Below are positions 22,140 to 35,061 of a DNA stretch of 64,000 nucleotides, one piece after another (position 1 is the stretch's first letter; each line of letters starts with the position of its first letter). The stretch comes from Nitrosomonas sp. (GTDB lineage: Bacteria; Pseudomonadota; Gammaproteobacteria; Burkholderiales; Nitrosomonadaceae), in contig JALDQW010000001.1 in NCBI GenBank assembly GCA_031316255.1, positions 1,767,485 through 1,831,484 on the forward strand, read 5' to 3'. The position numbers and the translations under genes were made by a program. The notes beneath the pieces are model-generated. The model was given only the letters and a program-made list of their open reading frames with translations, was not told the DNA's origin and did not search any database.

Positions 22140-24164
22140 ATGGCGTACCATCGGCGCTTCACGCTTGCATTTTTCTGTCTTCTCCTGTGGATAGTGCTGC
22201 CAGAGTCAGCCATCGCTCAAAACAAACGTGACGATATCTATGCAATCGATCTTGAAGAACTGCTGAATGTCAAAGTTATTTCGACGAGTAAAAAACCGCA
22301 ATCTGTTTTAAAGTCGGCTTCAGCCATTCACGTCATTTCCCAGGACGATATACGCCGTTCAGGCGCAACGACGTTACCCGATGTTTTTCGCGGCGTACCA
22401 GGTGTGCAGGTCGCCCAGATTGACGCAAACAAGTGGGCTGTGACGATTCGTGGCTTTAACGACCGTTTTGCCCAAAAAACACTGGTCATGGTCGATGGCA
22501 GAACAATCTATACGCCGTTATTTTCTGGTGTTTATTGGAACATGCACGATATGGTGCTGGAGGATATCGACCGTATCGAAATTGTCCGCGGACCCGGCGG
22601 CGCTTTATGGGGTGCAAATGCGGTCAATGGCGTCATCAATATTATTACCAAAAATGCGCGCGATACGCAGGGTACAACTGTCGCATTAATCGGTGGCTCT
22701 CTGGAACGGAACCTGACCGCACGCGTCGGCGGCAAAATCAATGACGACACCAGTTTCCGGCTCTACGCCAAGGGTCGCCACCACGAAAACTACGATCAAC
22801 TGCATGATCAATCAAATTTAGGGCCGGCCAATGACCAATGGCGCAACCTGAATACAGGCTTCCGTATCGACGGTAGTTCGACGCGTAACAGCGACTGGAT
22901 GCTGCAAGGCGGGTATACTGTCGGCACGGCCGGCCAACTGGGCACTTCGACTTCATTAACACCGCCAGCACCGCTCGTTCTCAGGGATACCATCAATTAT
23001 CAGGCCGGAAATCTGGTCTTTCTTTGGAACAAATATGTTTCGGATGATAATAAATGGCGTGTTCAAGCCTATTATGACTACTTCAAGCGCGAGGCCCTGG
23101 GCAGCACCAACCTGGTGCATACTGTAGATCTCGAGATTCAGAATCAACGCCGTTTGTTCAATAGTCATGATGTCGTCTGGGGTATAGGTTACCGCAGCGT
23201 ACTCGATGAACTGGGCAATGATTTCGTGGTTTCCTTCACCCCGTCAAGCCGTCATTACAAAACGTTTAACGCATTTATACAGGATGAAATACAGTTGACG
23301 CAGAAACTGCGTTTTACCGCTGGCACCAAAATCGAACACAATGATTTTACTGGATTCGAATATCAGCCGAATGTGCGTTTATTGTTTGAAATCAATGATC
23401 AACATTCTGTTTGGGCTGCTTATTCCCGGGCGGTCCGTGTTCCGTCGCGTTCAAGCCATGATATACGCATCAATTTCCTGGCTTTGCCGGGTGATACCCC
23501 GAATTCATTGCCATTGTTATTCGGCATCTTTGGCGACCGAAAATTCCGTTCTGAAAATATCAATGCATTCGAAATGGGTTATCGCAGTCTGCTGACACGT
23601 CATTTTTCGGTGGACACCGCATTATTTTTTAACCTCTATGACGACCTGGGAACAAGCGAGAGAAGCGGGCCGATTTTTGAAGCCATGCCCCTGCCGCATT
23701 TGCTGTTTCTCAGCACGGTAGACAATCTGGCAAAAGCAAATACTTATGGCGCCGAGGTCATGACAAAATGGCAGGTTACTCCTTTTTGGCAACTCGCATC
23801 GAGTTATACCTGGTTCAAATTGGACGGACGCTATGTCAAAAACAGCACAGCGGATCTGGAGCGGTTATTCATTCTTGAGAATTCAGATCCGCGTCATCAA
23901 TTCTCGGTACGTTCAGATATTCAGCTGCCTTATAATCTGGAGTTGAACAGCAACTTTTATTACACCGACAGTTTGGCCGGGCGTAATATACAAACACAAG
24001 CACGTCTTGACCTGAGATTGGCATGGCGTCCGTCCCGCAAGATGGAACTCGCTGTTGTCGGACAAAATGTTACCAATAAAACACATCAGGAATTTGATTC
24101 CACTGACGGCATCCCGTCACAAATACCGCGAAGCATTTATGGCAGAATACTGTACACTTTTTAG
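22140..24164 (+). CDS. TonB-dependent outer-membrane receptor
   Basis: Plug motif IDRIEIVRGPGGALWGANAVNGVINIITK; beta-barrel ending in aromatic YTF. Confidence 0.93.
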   Translation: MAYHRRFTLAFFCLLLWIVLPESAIAQNKRDDIYAIDLEELLNVKVISTSKKPQSVLKSASAIHVISQDDIRRSGATTLPDVFRGVPGVQVAQIDANKWAVTIRGFNDRFAQKTLVMVDGRTIYTPLFSGVYWNMHDMVLEDIDRIEIVRGPGGALWGANAVNGVINIITKNARDTQGTTVALIGGSLERNLTARVGGKINDDTSFRLYAKGRHHENYDQLHDQSNLGPANDQWRNLNTGFRIDGSSTRNSDWMLQGGYTVGTAGQLGTSTSLTPPAPLVLRDTINYQAGNLVFLWNKYVSDDNKWRVQAYYDYFKREALGSTNLVHTVDLEIQNQRRLFNSHDVVWGIGYRSVLDELGNDFVVSFTPSSRHYKTFNAFIQDEIQLTQKLRFTAGTKIEHNDFTGFEYQPNVRLLFEINDQHSVWAAYSRAVRVPSRSSHDIRINFLALPGDTPNSLPLLFGIFGDRKFRSENINAFEMGYRSLLTRHFSVDTALFFNLYDDLGTSERSGPIFEAMPLPHLLFLSTVDNLAKANTYGAEVMTKWQVTPFWQLASSYTWFKLDGRYVKNSTADLERLFILENSDPRHQFSVRSDIQLPYNLELNSNFYYTDSLAGRNIQTQARLDLRLAWRPSRKMELAVVGQNVTNKTHQEFDSTDGIPSQIPRSIYGRILYTF

Positions 24165-24194
24165 TACCGATAAAAGAACGGAAGGGTTGATCCG

Positions 24195-25244
24195 CTATTT
24201 CGGCGAATAAGGCAATCTGCGGATATGCAATTCGGGCCCATCGGGATATTTCAGGTACAATTTTCCAGCGTCAACACTGCTGATTTGAATGACAGCAAGC
24301 ACATCAAATCCGCCATCCGGCGATGCTGCAGCATTGACGATTTTACCGCAAGACTGATTTTCGGCATCTGTGCCAAATATGTCATCGCCAGCCGATACCG
24401 GATCATTTGTCCCAATATTCGCCAGATACATTCTGCGCTTGAGTTGACCGAGATGCTGGGTGCGCGCAACGATTTCCTGCCCCGGATAACATCCTTTTTT
24501 AAAACTGACGCCACCGATCAGATCCAGATTAATCATCTGTGGCAAAAACTGTTCCTGGGTCTCAACCGTAATAGCCGGTATGCCCGCGTTTATTTCCAGC
24601 CAGTTCCAGCAGCCGGCTCCGGCAGGACAAGCATTTTTGCTTAACAATTGCCATATTTTATGCGCAGATGCCTCTATGGCGATAAGCTCCAGCCGGTCAG
24701 GCGCATGGCAAAGAATACTGGCGTCCGAAGTATGTATCATGCGCAATTGGGCGCATTCTTCGGGTGAAATTTCCAGGACTTCCTGCAGGCGTTGGCAGGC
24801 TTCTTTACCGGCTATACCCATGCGTACCCATTGATTGCTGCTGTCAGTAATGTTAACTTTAGCGCGCAAAATAAACATGGACAGCTTTTTTTGCATGCCC
24901 GCACACAGACTGGCCGGTAACTGCATTATCCACGCATCATCTTTTTGCCACAGAATGAAACTGGCCAGCACCCGTCCTTTGGGTGTGCAATAGCTGCCAT
25001 ATTGCCCCTGGTTTTCGGTCACTTCTCTGACATCGCAACTTAACTGGTTCTGCAGAAACGTTTGCACATCTACCCCTGAGAAACGCAGCAGCCCATAATG
25101 AGACAAATCAACCAGTATCGTTCCATTTTGTACCTGTTTTAATTCCGCCAAGCGGTTATCAAAATGAACAACCTGATCGTTTTCAATCACAGCATTAGAA
25201 TCTTGTAAAAAAGTACGCCAGCTTTCAAGCATCATATTAAGCAA
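24195..25244 (-). CDS. ygfZ: folate-binding Fe-S assembly/repair protein
   Basis: KGCYPGQE signature, FLQNQLSCDV, and FLPQMINLD. Confidence 0.92.
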   Translation of the reverse strand: MLNMMLESWRTFLQDSNAVIENDQVVHFDNRLAELKQVQNGTILVDLSHYGLLRFSGVDVQTFLQNQLSCDVREVTENQGQYGSYCTPKGRVLASFILWQKDDAWIMQLPASLCAGMQKKLSMFILRAKVNITDSSNQWVRMGIAGKEACQRLQEVLEISPEECAQLRMIHTSDASILCHAPDRLELIAIEASAHKIWQLLSKNACPAGAGCWNWLEINAGIPAITVETQEQFLPQMINLDLIGGVSFKKGCYPGQEIVARTQHLGQLKRRMYLANIGTNDPVSAGDDIFGTDAENQSCGKIVNAAASPDGGFDVLAVIQISSVDAGKLYLKYPDGPELHIRRLPYSPK

Positions 25245-25284
25245 GAATTAGTTATAACCATTAATTATACGATATCCCGCTTGA

Positions 25285-27188
<1,904 letters not shown>

Positions 27189-27200
27189 CAGTTATCTGCG

Positions 27201-27485
27201 ATGGAGACTGTAATGGATGATAAGCAGTTACGCAAGTCTGTTGAAAAACAAATTAAACGCATGCGGAAAGCTGAAGCGGAGCGTTCTACACTGCTTGCGC
27301 AATCGATATTTATGGGAACGCTTTCGCTGCTGTTTGTTTTACCGGTTATCGCGGGCTTATATCTGGGTAACTGGCTGGACGACCAGACTGACGACTATTC
27401 GATACACTGGACTATCGGTTTGCTGATTGTGGGCCTCGTTATAGGCTTTATCAATGTCTATCTGTTCGTGCGGGAGCATGACTAA
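27201..27485 (+). CDS. atpQ: AtpQ/AtpZ-like subunit of the N-ATPase operon
   Basis: Basic N-terminus, two TM segments, GLYLGNWLD motif; position between atpC and atpB. Confidence 0.85.
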   Translation: METVMDDKQLRKSVEKQIKRMRKAEAERSTLLAQSIFMGTLSLLFVLPVIAGLYLGNWLDDQTDDYSIHWTIGLLIVGLVIGFINVYLFVREHD

Positions 27486-28156
27486 TGGAAGAAAATACCA
27501 TTGTATTTTATATCGGCTCAATAGGAATCACCACCCTTGTAATTACCACGTGGGGAATTATGCTGGTGTTGGGCGTATTGAGCTGGTTTGTAACGCGTAG
27601 CCTGTCCCTGAAACCTGGTCCGCTGCAAACAGCACTGGAAGGCATTATCTCAACCATGGAAGCCGGCATAGCGGCGGTGTTGCCCGGACAGGCGCGACAA
27701 CTCTTGCCTTTTATCGCCACACTCTGGATTTATATTGTAATTGCCAATCTGACCGGTCTGATCCCACAATTGCATTCGCCGACGGGAAATCTGTCAGTGA
27801 CTGCGGGTCTGGCCATTCTGGTTTTTTTATCCGTACACTGGTTTGGTATACGCCAGAGTGGCATGCGTTACTTTAAGCATTACCTGAGCCCAACACCACT
27901 GTTACTGCCATTTCATTTGATCAGCGAAGTAACAAGAACAATTGCTCTGGCTGTGCGTCTGTTTGGTAATATCATGAGTCTGGAACTGGTGGCGTTGTTG
28001 GTTTTACTGGTGGCAGGCTTACTGGTGCCAATACCTTTATTGATGCTGCATATCGTTGAAGCATTGGTTCAGGCATATATTTTCGGAATGCTAGCATTGA
28101 TTTATGTTGCTGGCGCGATGCAATCTCAGCAAAGTGAAAAAGGAAAACAGCTATGA
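27485..28156 (+). CDS. atpB: F0 a subunit
   Basis: NLTGLIP, PTGNL and LAVRLFGN (conserved Arg). Confidence 0.95.
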   Translation: MEENTIVFYIGSIGITTLVITTWGIMLVLGVLSWFVTRSLSLKPGPLQTALEGIISTMEAGIAAVLPGQARQLLPFIATLWIYIVIANLTGLIPQLHSPTGNLSVTAGLAILVFLSVHWFGIRQSGMRYFKHYLSPTPLLLPFHLISEVTRTIALAVRLFGNIMSLELVALLVLLVAGLLVPIPLLMLHIVEALVQAYIFGMLALIYVAGAMQSQQSEKGKQL

Positions 28157-28419
28157 GCGACATGACCTGGTTTACAATTTTATCGACTGTATGCGCTGCG
28201 CTGGCTGTCGCAATCGGCATGATGTTTCCGGCGCTGGCCATGGGACGCGCAATCAGTCAGGCGCTTGACGCACTGGCGCGTCAGCCCGAGGCGGAAAAAT
28301 CAGTCATGCGCACGTTATTTATCGGTCTGGCCATGATTGAATCGCTGGCTATTTATGTGCTTGTCATTGTATTGATTATCTTGTTCCGCAATCCCTTGAT
28401 GGAATATCTCGTTCAATAA
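28153..28419 (+). CDS. atpE: F0 c subunit
   Basis: ARQPEA loop, MIESLAIY (E63). Confidence 0.95.
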   Translation: MSDMTWFTILSTVCAALAVAIGMMFPALAMGRAISQALDALARQPEAEKSVMRTLFIGLAMIESLAIYVLVIVLIILFRNPLMEYLVQ

Positions 28420-28455
28420 GAATGATTAACATCGATCACTAAACGGAAACGGCGC

Positions 28456-29214
28456 GTGGATTTCGACTGGACCACCTTTCTACTTGAGATTATCAATTTT
28501 CTGATCCTTATCTGGATCTTAAAGCGGTTTTTGTATCAACCAGTATTGGACATTATCGACGAGCGCCGTACTGGTATCGATCAGGCCTTAGCGGATGCCA
28601 AACGCATCGAGGAAGAAGCCAAAGCGCTTAAACAAAAAAACGAACAGTTTCTGGTCGAGTGGGAAAATGAAAAAGAAACTGCCCATGCGCAGTTGGCGGC
28701 TGAACTGGCCGAGTTACGCGAACGCAAACTGGCGGAAATCACGCAAAAAATTGACGAGGAAACCGAGCGGCGCCGAATTCTGGATGAACGCTGTCGATGT
28801 GATTATGAAAAAATGATTGAGGAAAAAGCCATCGCGCAGGGTGTCGCATTTGCCAGCAAACTGTTGACCCGGGTGGCGACCCCCGAACTGGAAACACATT
28901 TGTTTGAGCTTCTAATTGAGGACTTGTCCAGTCTGAACGAAGCAGACAAACGCGCAATCGCCGAGGCTGCCGCCGCACCAGCCGCACAGATTATCGTGCA
29001 AAGTGCGTTTCCTTTAGCCGATAGGCACCGGGAAGCGTTGTCCGATGCGTTGTCCGGGCTGGTCAATAAGAAAACAGCGATTGAATTTCAATGTGATGAG
29101 ACATTATTGGCCGGAATTCATATGACCATCGGTCCGTGGGTCTTGCATGCCAATTTACGCGACGAACTAAAATTCTTCAGCAAACCTCTGGCACAGGCAG
29201 AACAAGAAGAATAA
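28456..29214 (+). CDS. atpF: F0 b subunit, long N-ATPase type with a delta-like C-terminal extension
   Basis: [24 protein letters not shown], coiled coil, C-terminal LLAGI domain; 252 aa. Confidence 0.9.
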   Translation: MDFDWTTFLLEIINFLILIWILKRFLYQPVLDIIDERRTGIDQALADAKRIEEEAKALKQKNEQFLVEWENEKETAHAQLAAELAELRERKLAEITQKIDEETERRRILDERCRCDYEKMIEEKAIAQGVAFASKLLTRVATPELETHLFELLIEDLSSLNEADKRAIAEAAAAPAAQIIVQSAFPLADRHREALSDALSGLVNKKTAIEFQCDETLLAGIHMTIGPWVLHANLRDELKFFSKPLAQAEQEE

Positions 29215-29218
29215 TGTC

Positions 29219-30712
29219 ATGACAACCGTTTTACCACCCGATTCGCCATTGCGCAAACAGGCAGCCCGGTTATCCCGTTATCAATATCGGCTGCGCATGT
29301 CTGAGCAGGGCACGGTCATTTCAGTCGGTGACGGCATCGCCTGGATTAGTGGCTTGCCGTCGGCCTGTATGGACGAAATGGTTCATCTGGAAGATGGCAG
29401 CAGGGCGCAAGTTTTCCACTTGGGACGTGACCGTGTGGGTGCAATACTGTTGGAACAGACCGCACAACTCACTGCGGGCACATCCGTTTTCCTGACTGGC
29501 AACCGCCTGCATATCGGTACCGGCGATGTGCTGCTCGGACGCGTCATCGATCCTCTGGGAAGGCCGCTGGATGGTGCAGGCTCATTGTCTTACGACACAT
29601 TCCGTTTGCTGGATATGCATTCGCCACCTATCATCGCACGCGATTTTGTTTCGCAACCGGTTTATACCGGCAACAAAATTATCGATGCACTGATCCCGAT
29701 TGGCAAAGGTCAGCGGCAGTTGATAATCGGCGATAATGGGTGTGGAAAAAGCACGCTTGCAATCGATACGGTGATTAACCAGCGGGGAAAAGCAGTTAAC
29801 TGTATTTATGTCTTGATAGGCCAGAAACGTTCTGCTGTTGTTTACACAGTAGAAACGTTACGCCGCGCGGGGGCGCTGGACTATACAGTTCTGGTTGTGG
29901 CGGAAGCAAGCGCGATGCCAGGCCTTAAATATCTGGCGCCATTTGCAGGATGTGCCGTCGCCGAAGCCTGGATGGCCCAAGGCCGTGATACCCTGATTGT
30001 ATACGACGACTTAAGCACGCACGCGCGCAGCTACCGCGAGTTATCACTCCTGCTGCGCAGGCCCCCGGGTCGTGAAGCTTATCCCGGCGATATTTTTTAT
30101 CTGCACTCGCGTCTGTTGGAACGCTCCACACATCTTTCCACCCGTCAAGGCGGCGGTAGTATGACGGCACTGCCCATTATAGAAACAGAGCAGGGGGAAA
30201 TCGCCGCTTATATTCCAACCAATCTGATTTCGATTACCGATGGTCAAATCTATGTGGATCACCAGCTTTTTGTGCGCGGTTTTTTGCCCGCGATTGATGT
30301 AACCCGCTCAGTTTCCCGTATCGGCGGCAAAGCGCAACACCCAGCCATCAAAAAAGAAGCCGGACGTATGAAACTCGATTACCTGCAGTTTCTTGAGCTC
30401 GAAGTGTTTACACGTTTTGGATCAAAACTGGATAAAAGCATGGAAGCACGGATACGCCGCGGAAAAATTTTACGGGAAATACTCAAACAGGAATCGTTAT
30501 CCCCCGTTACGATCGAATTTCAGATGGCCTGGTTGGTGGCCTATAACGAAGGGTTATTCGATACGGTGGAACTGGAACAGATCAAAACACTTTTGGCGCA
30601 CTTGCAAGAACAGGTAGCCAATGCCGATTTGAATATTGATGAAGGACGCGATCAATGGAAAAGACTGGTCAATGCCTGGTTAAAACAGCAAAGCGATGAG
30701 CAAGCGGCATGA
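29219..30712 (+). CDS. atpA: N-type F-ATPase alpha subunit
   Basis: [25 protein letters not shown] and SVSRIGG motifs. Confidence 0.96.
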   Translation: MTTVLPPDSPLRKQAARLSRYQYRLRMSEQGTVISVGDGIAWISGLPSACMDEMVHLEDGSRAQVFHLGRDRVGAILLEQTAQLTAGTSVFLTGNRLHIGTGDVLLGRVIDPLGRPLDGAGSLSYDTFRLLDMHSPPIIARDFVSQPVYTGNKIIDALIPIGKGQRQLIIGDNGCGKSTLAIDTVINQRGKAVNCIYVLIGQKRSAVVYTVETLRRAGALDYTVLVVAEASAMPGLKYLAPFAGCAVAEAWMAQGRDTLIVYDDLSTHARSYRELSLLLRRPPGREAYPGDIFYLHSRLLERSTHLSTRQGGGSMTALPIIETEQGEIAAYIPTNLISITDGQIYVDHQLFVRGFLPAIDVTRSVSRIGGKAQHPAIKKEAGRMKLDYLQFLELEVFTRFGSKLDKSMEARIRRGKILREILKQESLSPVTIEFQMAWLVAYNEGLFDTVELEQIKTLLAHLQEQVANADLNIDEGRDQWKRLVNAWLKQQSDEQAA

Positions 30713-31556
30713 AATAAAAAAGCGAATCACTACGCTGGATGAAATAAAAGGCATCCTGAACGCCATGAAAAACCTGGCGCTACTGGAAATACGCAAGCTC
30801 GATGTTTTTCTGTCCACGCAACAGCGTGTTGTTTCCAGTATTGAATCGGTGTCGCAGGATTTTTTAAGCTTTCATCCGCATCCGCAAACATCGCCGGCAG
30901 CGTTGCAGCAACTGTGGATTGTTATCGGATCTGAGCGTGGTTTTTGCGGCGACTTTAACAAAGCATTATTTGAATTTGTGCAAACCCGCGAACAACAGGA
31001 AAACACACTGCTTCTGATTGTCGGCAGCCGGTTACATGACAAGTTTCAGGGTGATCAGCGTGTTGTGGCCTGTATCAACGGACATGGCGTTGCCGATGAA
31101 ATTCAGGTCACGTTATTGCATTTGGCAGAGATTCTCAATCAGTTACATCAACATTTGACGCTTGAAAAGATCGGTCAAATCAGCGCTGTTTATCATGATT
31201 ATGAAAAAGAAACTGTAAATCTGAGGCAATTGCTGCCGCTTGCGCCGCCGCAGAAGAAATCCGATTTTGCCTATCCGCCTATGCTGAATGTAGAACCGGT
31301 ACAGTTTCTGGCGCAATTAACTGACCACTATCTTTATGCTGCATTGCACCAGGTTTTTTATACATCATTAATGATGGAAAATCATATGCGGCTGGAACAT
31401 ATGGAAAACGCCATTCGCCGCCTGGAAAAAAACGATGCGCAATTACATCAGCACTTTAACAGAGTGCGTCAGGAAGAAATAATTGAAGAAATCGAAGTTA
31501 TTCTTCTAAGCGCCGAAGCACTATCGAATACCGGGGAGTCGACACTTCGCCTATGA
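30696..31556 (+). CDS. atpG: N-type F-ATPase gamma subunit
   Basis: [25 protein letters not shown] and RQEEIIEEI motifs. Confidence 0.93.
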   Translation: MSKRHEIKKRITTLDEIKGILNAMKNLALLEIRKLDVFLSTQQRVVSSIESVSQDFLSFHPHPQTSPAALQQLWIVIGSERGFCGDFNKALFEFVQTREQQENTLLLIVGSRLHDKFQGDQRVVACINGHGVADEIQVTLLHLAEILNQLHQHLTLEKIGQISAVYHDYEKETVNLRQLLPLAPPQKKSDFAYPPMLNVEPVQFLAQLTDHYLYAALHQVFYTSLMMENHMRLEHMENAIRRLEKNDAQLHQHFNRVRQEEIIEEIEVILLSAEALSNTGESTLRL

Positions 31557-32233
31557 CAACGCAATTCGCGTATGGCGCATCGGCCAGCCGAGAGTATGCG
31601 TCATCAATTTAAAGATTGTCGGCACTGTTATGCCGATTGCCTAAAGCGATCCTCAGACCTTTTATTTCGGGTATTTTCATGTGTTTGTGTAATCTATCCG
31701 AGTCAATTCGTATTCGGCGTATCAGGAGAAGTTGTGTACTGATTTCAACTGATTGTTATCGGCATGCTCGCTTATCTATCCGTCATGCTGCTATTTTTCA
31801 GGAACGATCTTTCGAAGACAGTAGCGTCGCCTAAAGGATAAAAGTAAATTGACTCATAATTCAGCCATATCGAATAACGCAAAAAATTAATTTACAGATA
31901 TCACGCAAACACCTGTTCTGCAATGATGCGCACGGAAGGGCGTGTTTTATGTACGGGTATAAATCCAAATGAGCTGTGTCAGATTTGAGTGACCTGACGG
32001 ACTTCATGAAATAGCGAACTTGTCATGACTTAAATGCACCCTAAATTAATAAAGCTTTCCGCTATCCATAAGGTCTGTCAGATCACACCAAAACCAACTA
32101 ACATTTAGGAGAATGTGGTTGACACTTTATACCAGGGTTGGGGGAAAAAGAATCGTACCGACGTACATGACGGCGGTATGCACCACAGCAAACCAGCCTT
32201 TGCCGATTTTGCCTACTGAAACCAACAGGATTT

Positions 32234-33214
32234 TTATGGCAATCTTATCGAAACGAAAACACCCGCATGATCGGAAACACCAACCTGATTCTCGTCAACA
32301 AGATTATTGAAGACCACACGACTCTCAGTCAAACCACTGATATCTTTAACAAAGATATAATCAATCCGTCTTGCCGAGTCACCCGCATCCAGTGTGGAAA
32401 CGCCGACTGTACAATGCTGGTCAGCTGCCGCCGGATTTGAGCACAAATTCTCCAGAGAACGTCCGACAGCATAGGCATCGGTAAAACCGGCATCTGTGAT
32501 TTTGTCATAGAAAACTCCTTCCGCAAAAGGATCAACCCGGAACCGGTCGATATTAAAATCACCCCCCAGAATAACCGGATTGTTTTGAGGATAAAATGAT
32601 TCCGCTTCAACGACAAACGTCAATAATGTCTCTAGCTGCGCGTCAAGTTCCTCAGCACTGCACTTGGCGCACAAATGCGTATTGTAAACATTGATCTTGC
32701 CGAAACCGGGAATGTTTAAACGGGTCATCATCACGTTTCTTGGCAACTTGATATCATGATTTTTAAATTCAAGTTCGGAAGCCTTGGGCAACCGTTTTAC
32801 CATCTTGAAATCAACTTCACAGCGGGTTAAAACTGCATTCGCTACCCCCAGAAGTCCGGGCAAACCGGTTTCAAATGCGGTTTGCAGATCGTATCCGTAC
32901 CCACGGTCACGTAATTTTCCCTGCAGATCAAACGCAGTGTTGGCAGTACCTACCAAAACACCGCTGGCAACTTCCTGAAGCAGGATAACATCTACCGGAA
33001 CATCCGATACAAACCCGGCGATCGCATCCAATCGCTGATCACGTGTCTGAGTTTCAGAAAATAACAGATTGATGGATAAAATATTCAGATGTCCCCGATC
33101 TACAACATCATCACACTGCGCAAGCTGCACATCCCCGTCATTACCTGAAGGAATACTTGAACAACCCGACAAAAACAGAATGCCTGCGATCAGGATAACG
33201 TATAGATTTCTCAT
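32234..33214 (-). CDS. endonuclease/exonuclease/phosphatase (EEP) family lipoprotein
   Basis: LSG-C lipobox; LLQEV, NTHL, GGDFN, RIDYIF and SDH motifs; RBS GGAGG. Confidence 0.9.
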   Translation of the reverse strand: MRNLYVILIAGILFLSGCSSIPSGNDGDVQLAQCDDVVDRGHLNILSINLLFSETQTRDQRLDAIAGFVSDVPVDVILLQEVASGVLVGTANTAFDLQGKLRDRGYGYDLQTAFETGLPGLLGVANAVLTRCEVDFKMVKRLPKASELEFKNHDIKLPRNVMMTRLNIPGFGKINVYNTHLCAKCSAEELDAQLETLLTFVVEAESFYPQNNPVILGGDFNIDRFRVDPFAEGVFYDKITDAGFTDAYAVGRSLENLCSNPAAADQHCTVGVSTLDAGDSARRIDYIFVKDISGLTESRVVFNNLVDENQVGVSDHAGVFVSIRLP

Positions 33215-33487
33215 ACTTTACCTCCTTGTCAGTCAGTAAAAAGCGTACATTTTAAAAAACTGCAGGGTATCTAATTTCGAAATGCTATTGTTAAAGGCCA
33301 ATTTAAAAGCCAGTTTATCGCACTCAATCCGTTCTGGAAACATTCGATTGGATGTTGCCTGACTGAATAGCCAGAAAACCAACAAATTGTGTTTTGCCGT
33401 CCGGGACGGATATACTGATACACCGCAATGGCATTTCTTTTCTTACAACACATAGATACGCCATATCTGACAAAATGGCAAAGAAAC

Positions 33488-33895
33488 ATGATGAAAAAAC
33501 TAATATTGACTTTATCGTTGCTGTTCTTAAGTGCTGACGCCACGATGACAATGGCTGGATGGATCCTGGTCAGTGAAAGCGACAAGAACGGCGGTTATGC
33601 GGTTTACGCAGACTTAGCGACTAAGAGTGGGACAAATGACGAGGTAAAGATATGGGCTCTGCTGGATTATAAAATTGAACAGGAAGATACAGGCATTTAT
33701 TTTCTTTCAGAGAAAGTTCGGCGCAAATTTGACTGCCGGACCAAACATGTCAAATTGTTGGCGTTTAAGCAATACAGTTGGAACATGGGACAAGGCGAAC
33801 TTGTCCGCGCCTATAGCCAACCGCAGCAATGGGAAGAAATTCAACCCGGAAGCATTGATGAAATCGAATGGAAAACAGCCTGCGGTAATGAATAA
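33488..33895 (+). CDS. exported surface-adhesin protein E-like protein
   Basis: Signal peptide MMKKLILTLSLLFLSA; GWILVS, FDCRTK and IQPGSI..WKTAC resemble this family. Confidence 0.65.
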   Translation: MMKKLILTLSLLFLSADATMTMAGWILVSESDKNGGYAVYADLATKSGTNDEVKIWALLDYKIEQEDTGIYFLSEKVRRKFDCRTKHVKLLAFKQYSWNMGQGELVRAYSQPQQWEEIQPGSIDEIEWKTACGNE

Positions 33896-33898
33896 TTG

Positions 33899-34918
33899 CT
33901 AATGTGCGAATCCAATGGGATCAACAGTAAATTCTCCACCGCAGTTAGATTTAAATGCGCGATTTTCCCTATTCATTAACGTCTCCAGATCCGCTTTGTT
34001 ATCCGGCACATCCGTCAGATGAATATACACATCAACCAGATTATCGCCTTGACACTTCAGTTCAATGCTTTTATGCGTATCCTGTCCTAACGCACAGTCG
34101 ATACGCGCAATGAATGCAGCTTCTGTTACCGTCTCACCGATATGACGGGACATAAAGTAACCAATACCCGATGCATTGAATTGCCGGGTCATGTTAACCG
34201 CCACTTCAAAGTATTCATCTATGGTCAAATTGGTCTGACACGTACCATGTTTAAACCATTCATGACGCTGCAGGCAGGAGCCCGCGGCAGCACTTGGCAT
34301 GACCTGTTCCAGATTTTTCCGGACATCGGTAAAAAGCTGTAATTGCGGATAATCACAGAAATGGCCTGGATTGTTTTTTACTTCCCCGCAATAGCCATAT
34401 TCTGTACCGCATTCCTGTCTGTTCGGCCACAGTCCATGCAAAGTAAAGTTGCCGGCCTGATACGTCGTCTTGTCATCGATCTGGCATTCCGGCTTGTTTC
34501 GACCGCTGCTGGTTTCACAAAACGCCGGTTGCCAACTTAAAGCCAGTACATAGCTGTCTTCCAGTCCGGCGGTATTGCATTGCCTGTTTCCAGACGAACC
34601 GCCGCCACCTGGCCCGTCGCCAATCTTGACATCAATCTGGCCGCAATTTTCCGCCACCCAGCGTTCATGCGGCTGCGCATCGGGAATCGTCAACCGGTAC
34701 CAGGATGGAGCATTGGCTTTATTGACTTCAATGATTGCGTATGTCTGTCCAATACTCAGTTGGACATCTCCGGGATTTGTTCTTTTGTTTTTTGAAACAA
34801 ACGCTTCACATGATTGCGTTGCGGTCAATGTGCCGCTCGCAGGGGCACTGGCCAGCAGGCTATTTGATAAAGCAAAAAGCACAAGCAAAACCGTGACAAA
34901 CTGAATTTTCTTAATCAT
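33899..34918 (-). CDS. secreted ribonuclease T2 family protein
   Basis: Signal peptide; LALSWQPAFC, FTLHGLWP (CAS I) and HEWFKHGTC (CAS II). Confidence 0.93.
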   Translation of the reverse strand: MIKKIQFVTVLLVLFALSNSLLASAPASGTLTATQSCEAFVSKNKRTNPGDVQLSIGQTYAIIEVNKANAPSWYRLTIPDAQPHERWVAENCGQIDVKIGDGPGGGGSSGNRQCNTAGLEDSYVLALSWQPAFCETSSGRNKPECQIDDKTTYQAGNFTLHGLWPNRQECGTEYGYCGEVKNNPGHFCDYPQLQLFTDVRKNLEQVMPSAAAGSCLQRHEWFKHGTCQTNLTIDEYFEVAVNMTRQFNASGIGYFMSRHIGETVTEAAFIARIDCALGQDTHKSIELKCQGDNLVDVYIHLTDVPDNKADLETLMNRENRAFKSNCGGEFTVDPIGFAH

Positions 34919-35061
34919 AACGCCCCCTTGATGACATAAAGATCAGAAATTGACAACAGATTATAGCGATAAAACCGGTCACGGTTAAGTTGCCGAAGAT
35001 CATTTCTTATAAGTTGAACCGGAAAAAGACTGTACTCAGGTTATTCGTTCCGTAAATCGTA

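Noticed and set aside
32113-32310. 65-aa ORF with an AGGAG RBS
   Set aside because: It overlaps the 3' end of the EEP gene on the opposite strand and has no recognisable features.
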